Source: Eledone cirrhosa
Taxonomy: Eukaryota
Length of the DNA stretch: 64,000 nucleotides
Assembly (NCBI GenBank): GCA_964016885.1
Contig: OZ024743.1
Span: forward strand, 159,836,001-159,900,000
Direction of reading: 5' to 3'
The notes under the pieces were generated by a model. The model made no database searches. It saw only the letters and a list, made by a program, of their open reading frames with translations, and was not told where the DNA came from. This document shows positions 37,832 to 49,582 of the stretch, in pieces. A program made the position numbers and the translations under genes. How positions within the stretch are numbered: position 1 is the first letter of the stretch; each line of letters starts with the position of its first letter.

Positions 37832-39180
37832 CACTGGTCAACACACGTTTTGCTGACATAGGTTTGTGGTTGTTTCTAGATAATTTTAAGGTTCTGAATT
37901 CAAATATGACATCTATTTTCTCCTAACACACCAGGTTTACATTATATAGCACACCCCTATGTTATTATGCACTGCATGAATAATATAATTTACTTAGGAT
38001 GGGTTCCTAAGTCTTATAGTTTGAAACCATAAGTTATAGCGTCAATAGAATCTGATAGGATAGATGAAATATATTAAATACATCTTGTTAATTCTCAAAT
38101 TAAATGGATAAAGCACAAACAATCGTACACTAACCAACATATAGATGGAAAAAATTTACGCTTACGACAACGCCTGTATTATTTCATATCTACACAATCT
38201 CTTTGAATACTCCAACAGTAGTCTGCCATCATGTGTGTGTTCCATCTACCTTGATATCTTGACGGAAGTGCTTGCCATGCTTATCGCTCACTTCTCTAAG
38301 ATTAGCAGGAAATTCACCGAGATGGCTTTTGAGGAAAATAATCTTTATGCTCATGTTGTAGCCTAGAAGATGAAAGCTATAAAGCAATGTCTCCACCAAT
38401 TCCTTCTAGTTTGCAGCATTTTTGCTGCCCCAAAATCCTTTCATAACAGATAAAAACGAATCCCATGTTCTTTTTTCCACGTCAGTCAAGCTCGAGAAGT
38501 TTTGAAATTTCATTAACTTTCTGATTTGTGTACCGTCAAAAACACCTCCCTTTATTTTATCATAACTTAAGACAGGAAATATTGTACATATGAATTTAAA
38601 ACCCTCCGACATGAAGAGCTTTAATAAACTGCTTCATTAATTGTTTCTACTTTTGGCACAAGGCCAGCAATTACCCAGTACATTACTGGTACTTTATTTT
38701 ATCGACCTGGTAAGGATGAAAGGCAAAGTTAACCTTGGAGGGATTTGAACTCAGTCCGTAAAGGGACGTAACTCTATGCTAGAAAGCATGGCGTTAGACT
38801 CTCTACTGATACTGCCAATCCACTGCTTCATTAATATTAGTTTAATATGAATGGTTCTGTCGCCCAACAAGTGGCTCGTTTATGATATTCTTCTCCCCAA
38901 CAGTAAAACTTTCTCTAACTGGCCAGTGCTTCTGTTCCCAATGTTTGTCTTTCGCTCGGCTATCTCTTAAACACAGGAAACATGGATATGTTGTATACCC
39001 TCATTGTTGGCCAAATACAAATTTGACCATTTTAATATCCACACATATGTCCCAGTTGCGTTCCTCATACTTGACGTGATACAAAAAAGAGCATTGTCAT
39101 TTTTAAACTCAGCGGTGCAAAATTACTCAAGAACAGTTCTGAAACTTAGGTCAGCAGAAAAAAAGCAAAATGTTGTTTAC
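37832..39180 (-). mobile_element. DNA transposon relic, Chapaev3-like (CMC/Transib-related) transposase
   Basis: Manual translation GYTTYPCFLCLRDSRA..HW..WPVR, KIKGGVFDGTQIRKLM, LGYNMSIK, SHLGEFPANLREVSDKHGKHFRQDI, MMADYCW. A CACTG terminus at 37832. Family name is from recalled motifs. Confidence 0.65.
38642..38821 (-). mobile_element. SINE inserted in the transposase, with 14-bp TSD
   Basis: TSD actgcttcattaat at 38628-38641 and 38822-38835. Confidence 0.9.
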
Positions 39181-39534
39181 CAGTGTTATTATTATTATTA
39201 CAAGCGTAAAAAATGACGGCTAATAGTAATGTCTATACATAATATAAAAAGAGATGTTTGCTGGCTAGCTGGCTGGTTGGTTGGTCCTTCGCGCACACTC
39301 GCGCAAGTGATACAAACACACAAACACACAGCTGTGACGAATCTTAGAGCGCTGGACTTCTATAGTTTCTCACCCACACCTTCCTCAGTCATCACATAGA
39401 TGTGTGTGTATGTAATAATAATTTTTTTCTAAGTGTGTCTGTTTATAAATATGTATGCGTAAATTCGTGTGTGTTTGTAATTCTATTGTCTATGTATCTT
39501 TCTAAATAAACACACAGGGATAGTGTTTGTGGTC

Positions 39535-40581
39535 ATACACCACATGCGGCTGATCTCTATTTCCAGATCTTAGTAGCTTGACAGTTTTTCCATTATTTTT
39601 ATAGATGTAATCTTGTCAGCATGTACGGTAATATCTATAAGGCTACATGTCCGATCTGTTTTGTTTTTATGATGATATCTGGTCTGTTGGCAGCGATTTT
39701 CTGGTCGGAAATCACAGGTATATCCCACAAGATGGATATGTTGCCCTTGGCCGTGACTGTTTTTGGTTGATGCTCATACCATTTGTTAGAATTTTGGAAG
39801 TCATGAGAGCGGCAGAGCATCCATTGCGCATATTTGGCAATGCGGTTGTGTCTTTCGATATAGTCAGTTTTTTGCCAGGCGTGGACACCCGGAGATAAAA
39901 TGTTTGTAGCATATTCTGCCTAGAGGGCTAGTCCCATCTTTCACTATTCTGTCTATAGGCCCAAGTGTTTAAAGTTTCGTCTTGTGCAGAAACTAAGTCT
40001 CCCCCAGTCTCTACTTTCAAAGCCAAAATAGTAAGCCATGCTGGTCGATATCATTGTCAGAAAGTCGTTGTGGGAATCTACCACGTATTTCTTTTGACTT
40101 CCAGTCACCGTTTAGTTCCTCTGTTTGTAGTTTCAGTCATAACTGGCTGTGCAGCACTCTGTCAATTATTTTCTGTGGGTATATCTTGTTCCATGTTCAG
40201 TTGATGTCTAAATTTGCTTGCTTCTTTTGTTATTGAGTGTAATTTCTTAATTCGTTCATGCTTGAGTACAGGCTGTGGTGGAGGTAGCTCTCCAATCCTA
40301 AGGTTGCTGTTTTGTATGCAGCTTCCCGTTGTCGGAGCCCCCGTCCACATTCACTCTTTGAGATACACAGCCTATGTAAATTGGCTTTGAGGTGGTACAT
40401 TTTTTTCCGTTGTCGATTGTTTTCTTGTCTTAGTGTCGAAAACTGTGTTGTTCTTGTATATTACAAATGGTACTGCTAGGCTATTAATGGCTTTGAACTT
40501 GTTGCAGGCGTTCAACTCACTTTTTGTTACCAGTCTCACTCTCCTTATGTACTCCTTCCGTATCTGTCCCTACATACTTGC
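39535..40581 (-). mobile_element. Old R4-clade element (family C), 3' part
   Basis: NKWYEHQPKTV..ILWDIPV..AANRPDIIIK, SAQDET, IRKEYIRRVRLV..ELNACNKFKAINSLAVP. Confidence 0.7.
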
Positions 40582-41345
40582 ATTATTATTTACTTGGAAT
40601 CTCAGCCATTGGTGTTATTTAATTGGAAAGTTAGTTCAAATAAACATCACACCACTATCTGAAGCCTCAGATATTCAGGACGTAGCGGAGGGATCTTGCT
40701 GTTCCCAGCAAGCATGCCTTTTGAAGTGTTCCAAAAAAGGGGCTGGACTGATGTTAGTTAACTATCCTTGAAAACTCTTTGAGATAGTAAATAGTGCTCC
40801 TGTGACAATGGGGACGACCTTGATCTAATGACAGTTCCAAATCCTTTTTAATTCCTATTTTAAATCCTGACATCGGTTAATGTTCTCCTTCTCCTTTTTT
40901 TGCACTCGTCTCTCAAAGGGGCTGGCTACATCTACAATCATGCACGATAACTTTTTCTTGTGAAACACCACCAGGTCAGGCCTATTTTGTGTTCTAATTT
41001 CTTGTCTATCAGTATCCTGAAATCCCGTAGTACCTCCACTCGATCGTTTGCTATCACCTACTCTGGCTAATGTTCATACCACTTCCCAGAATGTGGCAAA
41101 TTATTTAGTTATCATAAATGCCACTGAATCTTATTTCTTATGATATCGTGCCTCCATCCTTTATAGTGAGTCTGGGCTACGATACGATGCGAGCCACAGT
41201 TTCCTCTCTCTCTCCAGAGATCCTACAGAGCAAGCTAGCCTCCTCCTTGTCAATAGTTTGGTTCACCCACTTCGTCTGAGGGATTGCTCTTGAGCAGCCA
41301 GTGAGCATTCCCTCTGTAACATTACTAAGGTCTCCTTTTTTTAAC
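40582..41345 (-). mobile_element. R4/Dong family A 3' fragment nested in family C
   Basis: Diverged reverse complement of about 17320-18080 with a short (AAT)n tail. Confidence 0.75.
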
Positions 41346-41359
41346 TTCTCGTGAAGTCA

Positions 41360-41600
41360 AAAATCTATATGGAGTGGATAAGGATAAATAAAATAAGATC
41401 TTAGATAATATTACTAACAAATAAAAAAGGCAAAATCTAGAACCTATGTTAAAATTAATATCGAAGCTAAACACATCCCTATATACTATAAGATACATAA
41501 AATAACTGAAAAACTAACTAAACTTAAAAATTATATCACATTGATAGATCATAAACATGACTTTAATAATAGACCTAGCTGTAAATTAAGTATACCCGAG
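41360..41600 (+). mobile_element. PLE RT fragment, close match to reverse complement of 56925-57150
   Basis: atcgaagctaaa...cataaacatgactttaataatagacctagctgt (DHKHDFNNRPSC). Confidence 0.7.
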
Positions 41601-41611
41601 CCCAGTTCTAG

Positions 41612-41830
41612 TTAGTGTTTCAAATAGTGGTGGTAATGCAGGGCAGAAAAGTAGTAGTGATAGGGAGTCTCTCTGTTGATTGGTATATGATCTGTTTTTA
41701 TTGTTTTATCTTTTGCTTGTATCAGCAGAATTGTTTGCCAATTACTGATGGCATGCTTGATAAATGTTGTTATTGTTGTTGATACACTATTCATGGCTAG
41801 TCTAATATTGCAAAAGCGTATCCTTTAAAG
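41612..41830 (-). pseudogene. R4-clade RT fragment (probably family C)
   Basis: FIKHAISNWQTILLI..IPINR followed by frameshifted DSLSLLLFCP. Confidence 0.5.
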
Positions 41831-42322
41831 TGGGAGACAATATAGCGTTTTTTTTTTGTTTTTTTTTCAATTACAATAACGGTTTATTTAGTGTATATTA
41901 TACAAAATATAATTTAGAGATATATCAGATGAAAGAATGGTATTTAACTAATGTATTGGTCGCCATCTGGCCTTTGTTTCGTGTATATTTTCCGTTGTAT
42001 TTATAATACAGGCATTTGTAATACAATCAGTAAAGTTTGTTACTTACATGTATCGTTATTCTTTTTGTTTTGATTTCAAACCCTGTGTAGTGCTGCGGCT
42101 GATTTTACTCACGAGGTCATAATTTTAATAAAGAAGATTGTTATAAAGATGATCCATGTATAAAATTTATTTTTTGTAGGCTTTGTTGGTTCTCGTCCAT
42201 TATGTTCCCCCACTTCGTTTTCTTAGAATATTTATTATTCTTTTGTCGATGGTGTCTGATTTATTTCAAATCTGTGGGTAGCTTCGTTATACGTATCCAT
42301 AATGCTAATCAGCCTGAGCCCA

Positions 42323-44160
42323 TTATTATTATTATTATTATTGTTATTATTATTATTGTTCTGATTCTCAGTCATTGATGTTATTTAACTGGAAAGTTTG
42401 TTCAAATGAATATAAAGCCGCTACCTGCAGCCTCTGACATTCAAAATGTATCGGAGGGTCCTTGCTGTTCCTGGCAAGCATGCCTTTTGAAGTGTTCCAA
42501 AAACAGGGTTGGACTAATCTTCTTTAAACATCCTTGGAAACTCTTTCAGATAGTACCTAGTGCGCCTATGACAATCGGGACAACCTTGATTTCATGGCAG
42601 TTCCAAATCCTTTTTAACTCCCACTTTAAATCCTGGTATCGGTTAATTTTCTCCGTTTCCTTTTCTTGCACTCTCGTATCAAATTGGCAGGCTACATCTA
42701 CAATCAGACACGATCTTTTTTCCTTGTCCAAAACGACCAGGTCAGGCCTATTGTGTTCAAATATCTAGTCCGTCTGTATCCTAAAGTCCCGTAGCACCTT
42801 CACCTGATCGTTTTCTATCACCGACTCTGTCTTATGCTCAAACCACTTCTCAGAATGTGGTAAATTGTTTAGTTTGCATAGATGCCAGTGGATCACCCTG
42901 CCTATCATATCATGTCTCCAGCCTTTATAGTGACCCTTGTCTAGGTGTTTACACTCGGATACAATGTGAGCCACAGTTACCTCTCTCCACAGATCCTGGC
43001 CCCCTCCTTGTCAATATGGTGTTTCAGCCACTTCGTTCTGAGGGCTTGCTCTTGCGCAGCCTTTAGCATTCCTTCTGTAGCTTTTTTAAGGTCTCCTCTT
43101 TTTAACCAGTTCCATGTCTGTGGATCTCTAAATTCCGTTTTCTCAAAGAAGGTGCTATGAATGGATTTTTCATGAAGGTTGCTCTTCCTCTTTGTTGTTA
43201 TTTCCTCCTTGCACATCCCCTGGTTTATTGTCTTCTCCTTCAGTACAATTTTGAGCATTGGCTCCCTACTGTCAACCACATATTTGTGCAGGTTGTTTTT
43301 CTCCATCTGAACACAGTCCTCTATGCTGATAAGACATCTTCCACCTTCAGATCACTTTAAGTAGAGTCTATCGACATCACTCCTCTTGTGGAACATGTTG
43401 TAGATAGTCAATAGCTTCCTAGTCTTCCTATACATTTCTTTTTGTTCAGCAACATACCATTTCAGAATTTCCGCACTGTACCTAATAATAGACACAGCTC
43501 GGGAATTTACTGCACTTATGACATTCCTACTATTCAGATGTGATATTAGTATGTTCCTTACTCTCCTTATGTATTCAGATCCTACAATTCCTTCATTTTT
43601 TTTTTGTTCTTGATGTCATCTGCCTCCAGAACATCTAAATATTTGTATCCCTCTTCAGTATTAATTTCCTTTATCATCTAACCTGTTGGTACCTGGATTC
43701 CGTTGCTCCTTCTCAATTTACCCCCTCCTCATCACTAGGACTCCACACTTATTAATACCAAATTCCATACATTCAATCATTTCTGAAAATACGGACAGTG
43801 TCAACAAGTACATCCAACTCCTTTTCACTCTTTCTAAAGAGTTTAAGAACGTCCATGAAGAGGAGGTGGTTGATGGTAACCTCTCCTCTTCCCAACTTGT
43901 GTCCTGCTCTCACTTTTCGCAATATGATGGACAGGGGTATCAGGGCAAGGACAAACAACAAACGCGACAAGCTATCTCTCTGGAAGATACCTGTTCTTGA
44001 ACTTCACGCCTTATCACGTATTATCCACCCGATGTTAACTCTGTTTCCCAGGACTTGATACTTTTGCTTAATAGGTGTCTGATGTTATCTGCCACCTTGA
44101 AGATCTCTTGGCTTTTGGTTATCCAAGAATGAGGTACCATGTCGAATGCCTTTTGTAATC
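42323..44160 (-). mobile_element. R4/Dong family A, 5'-truncated, degenerate
   Basis: ORF fragments match the 863-aa protein; (TTA)n tail at 42323-42358. Confidence 0.9.
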
Positions 44161-44594
44161 TATGCTATTGGTGCAACTTCTACTATATTTAAGGAAAGGT
44201 GGTACAAGAGCTGATCTAGCACGTCCCTGTCGGAACTGATTTGGTCGCTAAAAAATAAACAAGTGGAAGACCCCCTTTCTTGGTCAAAACCTCATTAGGA
44301 TTCAAGCGACCAATCTGGTGACTTGATACACTAGCCAGTTCACAAGCGGCAAAACAAATTGGAATATCTATCTCCCACACATATATCATCTGCTATTTGA
44401 AAATTTCAGATATATACTTACTGGTTGGCGAAGGGAATAACAGGTATGACCGGTAACATATCAATGGATATGTACAGCTCATGTGAATTTTTGTGTGAAG
44501 AGAAAACGTAGGGATTCAGTTATACAACAGACTACGTCTTTGAAATACGTATAACAAATTAAATAGGGATGTAACAATGAAACCGTCTTTCTTG

Positions 44595-44596
<2 letters not shown>

Positions 44597-44675
<79 letters not shown>

Positions 44676-47600
44676 GATCTTTGGGTCTCGGTCATTGATG
44701 TTATTCACCTGGAAAGTTTGTTGAAATGAATATCAAGCCGTTAATTGCAGCCTCAGACATTCAGGACGTATTGGAGGGTTCTTGCTGTTCCCAGCAAGCA
44801 TGCCAAAAACGGGGATGGACTAATCTTCTTTAACCATTCTTGTAAACTCTTTCACATAGTACCTAGTGCGCTTATGACAATCGGGACGACCCTGATTTCA
44901 TGGCAGTTCCAAATCCTTTTTAACTCCCACTTTAAATCCTGGTATCGGTTAAATTTCTCCTACTGCTTTTCTTGCACTCTCGTGTCAAATGGGCAGGCCA
45001 CATCTACAATCAGACACGATCTTTTTTTCCTTGTCCAAAACCACCAGTTCAGGCCTATTGTGTTCACATTTCTAGTCCGTCTGTATCCTAAAATCCCATA
45101 GCACCTTCACCTGATCGTTTTCTATCACCGACTCTGGCTTATGCTCATACCACTTCTCAGAATGTGGTAAATTGTTTACTTTGCATAGATGCCAGTGATC
45201 ACCTGCCTATCACATCATTTCTTCTGCCTTTATAGTGAGTCTGGGCTAGGTGTTTACCCTCGGATATAATCACCCCTCTCGCTCCACAGATCCTACACAG
45301 TGAGCTAGCATCCTCCTTGTCAATATGGTATTTCACTCACTTCGTTCTGAAAGCTAGCTCTTGCGCAGCCATTAGCATTCCTTCTGTAGCTTTATTAAGG
45401 TCTCCTCTTTTTAACCAGTTCCATATCTGTGGATCTCTAAATTCCGTTTTCTTAAAGAAGGTGCCATGAAGGAATTTTTCATGAAGGTTACACTTCCTGC
45501 TTGCTGTTATTTCCTCCTTGGACATCCCATGCTCTATTTTCTTCTCCCTCAGTACAATTTTGAGCAGTGGCTCCCTACTCTCAGTCACATATTTGTGCAG
45601 GTTGTTTTGCTCCATCTGAACACAGTCTTCTATGCTGATAAGACCCCTTCCACTTCAGATCTCTTTAATTAGAGTCTATCGACATCACTCCTCTTGTGGA
45701 GCATGTTGTAGATTATCATAAGCTTCCTAGTCTTCCTATTCATTTCTTTTTTTCAGCAACATTCCATTTCAGATATCCCGCACTGTACCTAATAATATAC
45801 ACAGCTCGGGAATTTACTGCCTTTATGACATTCCTACTATTGATATGTGATTTTAATACGTTTCTTACTCTCCTTATGTACTCAGGTCTTATCAATTCCT
45901 TCATTTTCTTTTGTTCTTGGTGTCATTAGCCTCCAGAACACCTAAATATGTGTATCCCTCCTCAGTGTCAATTTCCTTTATCACCTCATCTGTTGGTACC
46001 TGGATTCCGTTGCTTCTGCTCAATTTACACCCTCCTCATCACTAGGACTCAACACGTATTAATACCAAATTCCATACATATATCATTGCTGAAAATACGG
46101 ACAGTATCATCCAACTCCTTCTCACACTTCCCGAAGAGTTTTAGATCGTCCACACAGAGGATGTGGTTGATGGTAAACTCTCCTCTTTCCAACTTGTGTC
46201 CTGCTCTCACCTTTCGCAATATGACGGACAGGGGTATCAGGGCAAGGACAAACAGCAAAGAGGACAAACTATCTCCCTGGAAGATACCTCTCTTGATCTT
46301 CACGCCTCCCAGGGATTCTCCACCTGATGTTAACTCTGTTTCCCAGGACTTCATACACTTGCTCAACAACTGCCTGATGTTTATGCACCCTTGAAGATCT
46401 CTAGGCTTTTGATTATCAAAGAATGAGGTACCATGTCGAATGCCTTTTTGTAATCTACCCATCCAATGGCAAGACCAGTATGCCTCCTCTTGCAATTCCT
46501 CATTACCATCTTATCAATAAGTAACTGGTCTTTTGTACCACGGGACTTCTTTCGGCATCCTTTCTGTTCGTCCGGTAATAAGTTGTTTATGTGTCGGTGA
46601 TCGTAGATTTCCTCAGACACAATGCTTGTTAACAGTTTCCACATTACGGACAGAAATGTGATAGGGCTATAGTTGGTAACACCATTACCCTTGATTCGGT
46701 CTTTCATTACCAGAACTGTTGTACCTTTTGTCAACCACTCTGGTACTTCACCCGACATCAAGCAGTCATTGAACTTGGTTGTCAGTTTCGGGTGGAGGGA
46801 TGTTATATTTTTAATCCAATACCCCGGCACACCATCTGGGCCTGGTGATTTCCAGTTGGTTAGTTTTTTGGCATGCCCTTTAAGAGTTTCAACTGTGATA
46901 CTCAAATCAGATTCTTGGTGTGTTTGTTCACTAATCCTCTTTTTGAACCGTCTCAATCACACTGCCTAACTATTATGTTTAATATCCTGCTCCCATATTC
47001 CCATCCAGAATGTCTTAGTCTGTTCCGCCTCAGGGATCACGTCGTTGGCTCTTTCTTTCCCTTCAACCTGTCCAAACATCTTCTGGTTGTTGTCAGACAT
47101 GCGGTTCTGTCTATACTGACTAACTCTTTTCTCATACCGCCTAATCTTTGCACTTTTTTGCTACAATGCGTTGCTTCAGTCTCTCTATGATAATATTTAG
47201 CTCTTTCCTCCTAGTTTTGTATTTTATTTTCCATCTATCTTTAGTGTCTATGTTTTGTAATGTCCCATTCTGTAAAGACTCAGGCTTTCCAATGTCTTTT
47301 CTCATTTCCTTGATTTGACCATTCAGTCGTTTCTTCCACCAAGGTTCTGATCTTTCTTGTTTGTTGTTTCCTCTCGCTTTTATGCCAAGTAATTTCCTCG
47401 CCGCATTTGCGGTTGCTTTGAGGATATTGTTGCATTGGTGAAGGTTCTTTTGTATACCTTAGCTGTTGTTTCTTTTAACTTTTTCCTGTCTACAGGTTCA
47501 TAGGTTTTCCACTATCATTGTTCATTTCATCTACCACTAAGTTCAGGATATCAACCAAATCTTGCCCTAGTACGTCAGCATTCATTTCCTCAATGGCTGT

Positions 47601-48200
47601 ATCTTTGTTCCAGATGTTATTTATTTCAGCATTCTGATCATTGTCTGCTTCGGGTGGTTCCTCCGTTCTCTCAACCTCTTCACCATCATTTCCCACTGGC
47701 TCGTTTGCCTGACATACTCCCCTCCCCATTTCTAACTTAATCTCTCCGCTCAGTTCCTCCAGTTCCAACTCGCTTATCCATCCATTAGTTCTTATTACTC
47801 GAGCCTGTCCGGCCAATTTTTGTTCATCTAATTTAAATAAACCAATCTCGTTCCAGATGTTATGCATCCGTTTCCTATAGCCTTTTTCCATCAGGTTACT
47901 CTTCAGGTAACATTTCATGACAGTTCTATTCAATTCTTTCGTCCAGTTGGTTCTTGTCCCTTTCCTTCTTTTTCTTCATCCAACATCAGCAGTATTTGGA
48001 TGACAGCCAGGTCCCTGCTGCTGGGCCAGGGAGCACTTGCTGTGTGAGAGTTTTTCACATGACGTTCCAGTTATTCGAACTGTTTAGGTCCGACATTTAA
48101 ACACTCATATAGAGGATTGGTGAATGTATGGTTACATAACCACCGGTGATTTTAGCTGTAGACAAAAATAAATAAATAAACAAATAAATAATTAAAAACA
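44597..48200 (-). mobile_element. R4/Dong family A, full length, degenerate
   Basis: Colinear with 41-2285 and 15366-18110 from the 5' UTR (aaaatcaccggtggttatgtaacc) to the 3' UTR. N-terminal NRTVMKCY..YRKRMHNIW motif. (TTA)n at 44597-44675. Confidence 0.92.
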
Positions 48201-48477
48201 TAAAAAAATAAACATAAGTTTCATTGTAATATTTGAATGTCTGACTTAGTTTTTTTCCTTTTTGTTTTTCAAGACCAGTAACATCGGTTACTAGTGTTGT
48301 TGTTGTTGCTGCTGCTGCTGATTTTGATTTTAACTACGCTAAGCTTGTAGCCATAGCAACGAGGGATGTAAAGGGTGTTGCATTCAAAACTTTTGAAATT
48401 TATTTTTCTTTTGATGTGGCGTTTGTTTTTGTCTGTGTTCTGTTCTGTAATTTTTAGACTTGTTGCGTATCATTATT

Positions 48478-49006
48478 ATACTTTGCTTTCATCCTTACGG
48501 GGTCGATAAAATAAAGTACCAGTAATGCACTGAGTTATTGCTGACCTTGTGCCTAAATTAGAAACAATTATTATTATTATTTACTGCGGTAGATTGGCAG
48601 TATCGGTAGAGGGTTGGACGTCATGCTTTGAAACATAGAGTTACCTCCTTTTATGATCTTAGTCCAAATCCCGCCGAGGTTAACTTTGCCTTTCATCCTT
48701 ACAGAGTCGATAAAATAAAGTACCAGTAATACACTGGGATAATTGCTGGCCTTGTGTCAAAAGTTGAAACAATTATTATTATTATTTATTATTATTATTT
48801 GACATCGTTTTGACGGCGCATTTGCAGTATCGGTAGAGGGTCAGATACCATGCTTTGACGCATAGAGTTACGGCCCTTGCCATTCTGAGATCAAATCCCG
48901 CCGAGGTTAACTTTGCCTTTCATCCTTATGGAGTCGATAAAATAAAGTACCAGTAATGTACTGGGATAATTACTGGCCTTGTGCCAAATGTAGAAACAAT
49001 TATTAT
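48478..49006 (+). mobile_element. Head-to-tail array of three SINEs
   Basis: Copies at about 48478-48581 (5'-truncated), 48585-48799 and 48812-49006, each ending agaaacaattattatt or ttgaaacaattattatt. Confidence 0.88.
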
Positions 49007-49582
49007 TGACATCGTTTAAAGTAAAAGTTTTGAGAGAGTTTAGAGATACAACGACAATAATTATTATTATTATGGTGTTTTTGTTGGCTATGTTTGACCA
49101 GGTGACTCAATCAGTCTATTTATATATTTTGGTAGCTATCTCCTTTCTAGGCACTACTACTATCGTCCCTCTCCAAGATGTAGTGAGGGAATAGTGGTGG
49201 TAGCGATGAAGGAGTGGTGACGGTGGTGATGGGATAGTAGTACTGTAGTGATGGTACTGTTGCTGCTTTTGGTTTGTCTCTAGCTAAATTTTGTGGTATT
49301 GGTGGTGGTGGCAGCCGTGGTGGTGGTGTTGGTGGTGAAATTATTTGGCTGTTGTTTTCTTCCATTTGTAACCATTTGTAACCATTTTCTTTTTTGACTA
49401 TAGCATTTCTGATACAAAATTAAATATTTCAGCCATATGCCAGAGTGTTATGTATGTCACTTCCTGAGAGCTAAGACTGGTGCCTTATGCCCCATTTGTA
49501 ATAAGAATTATTCTATCGCAATTTTTTTAAATATTTAAAAAATCAAAAGCTTACTCTATCCACCATGTGCGTATTCTTTTTT

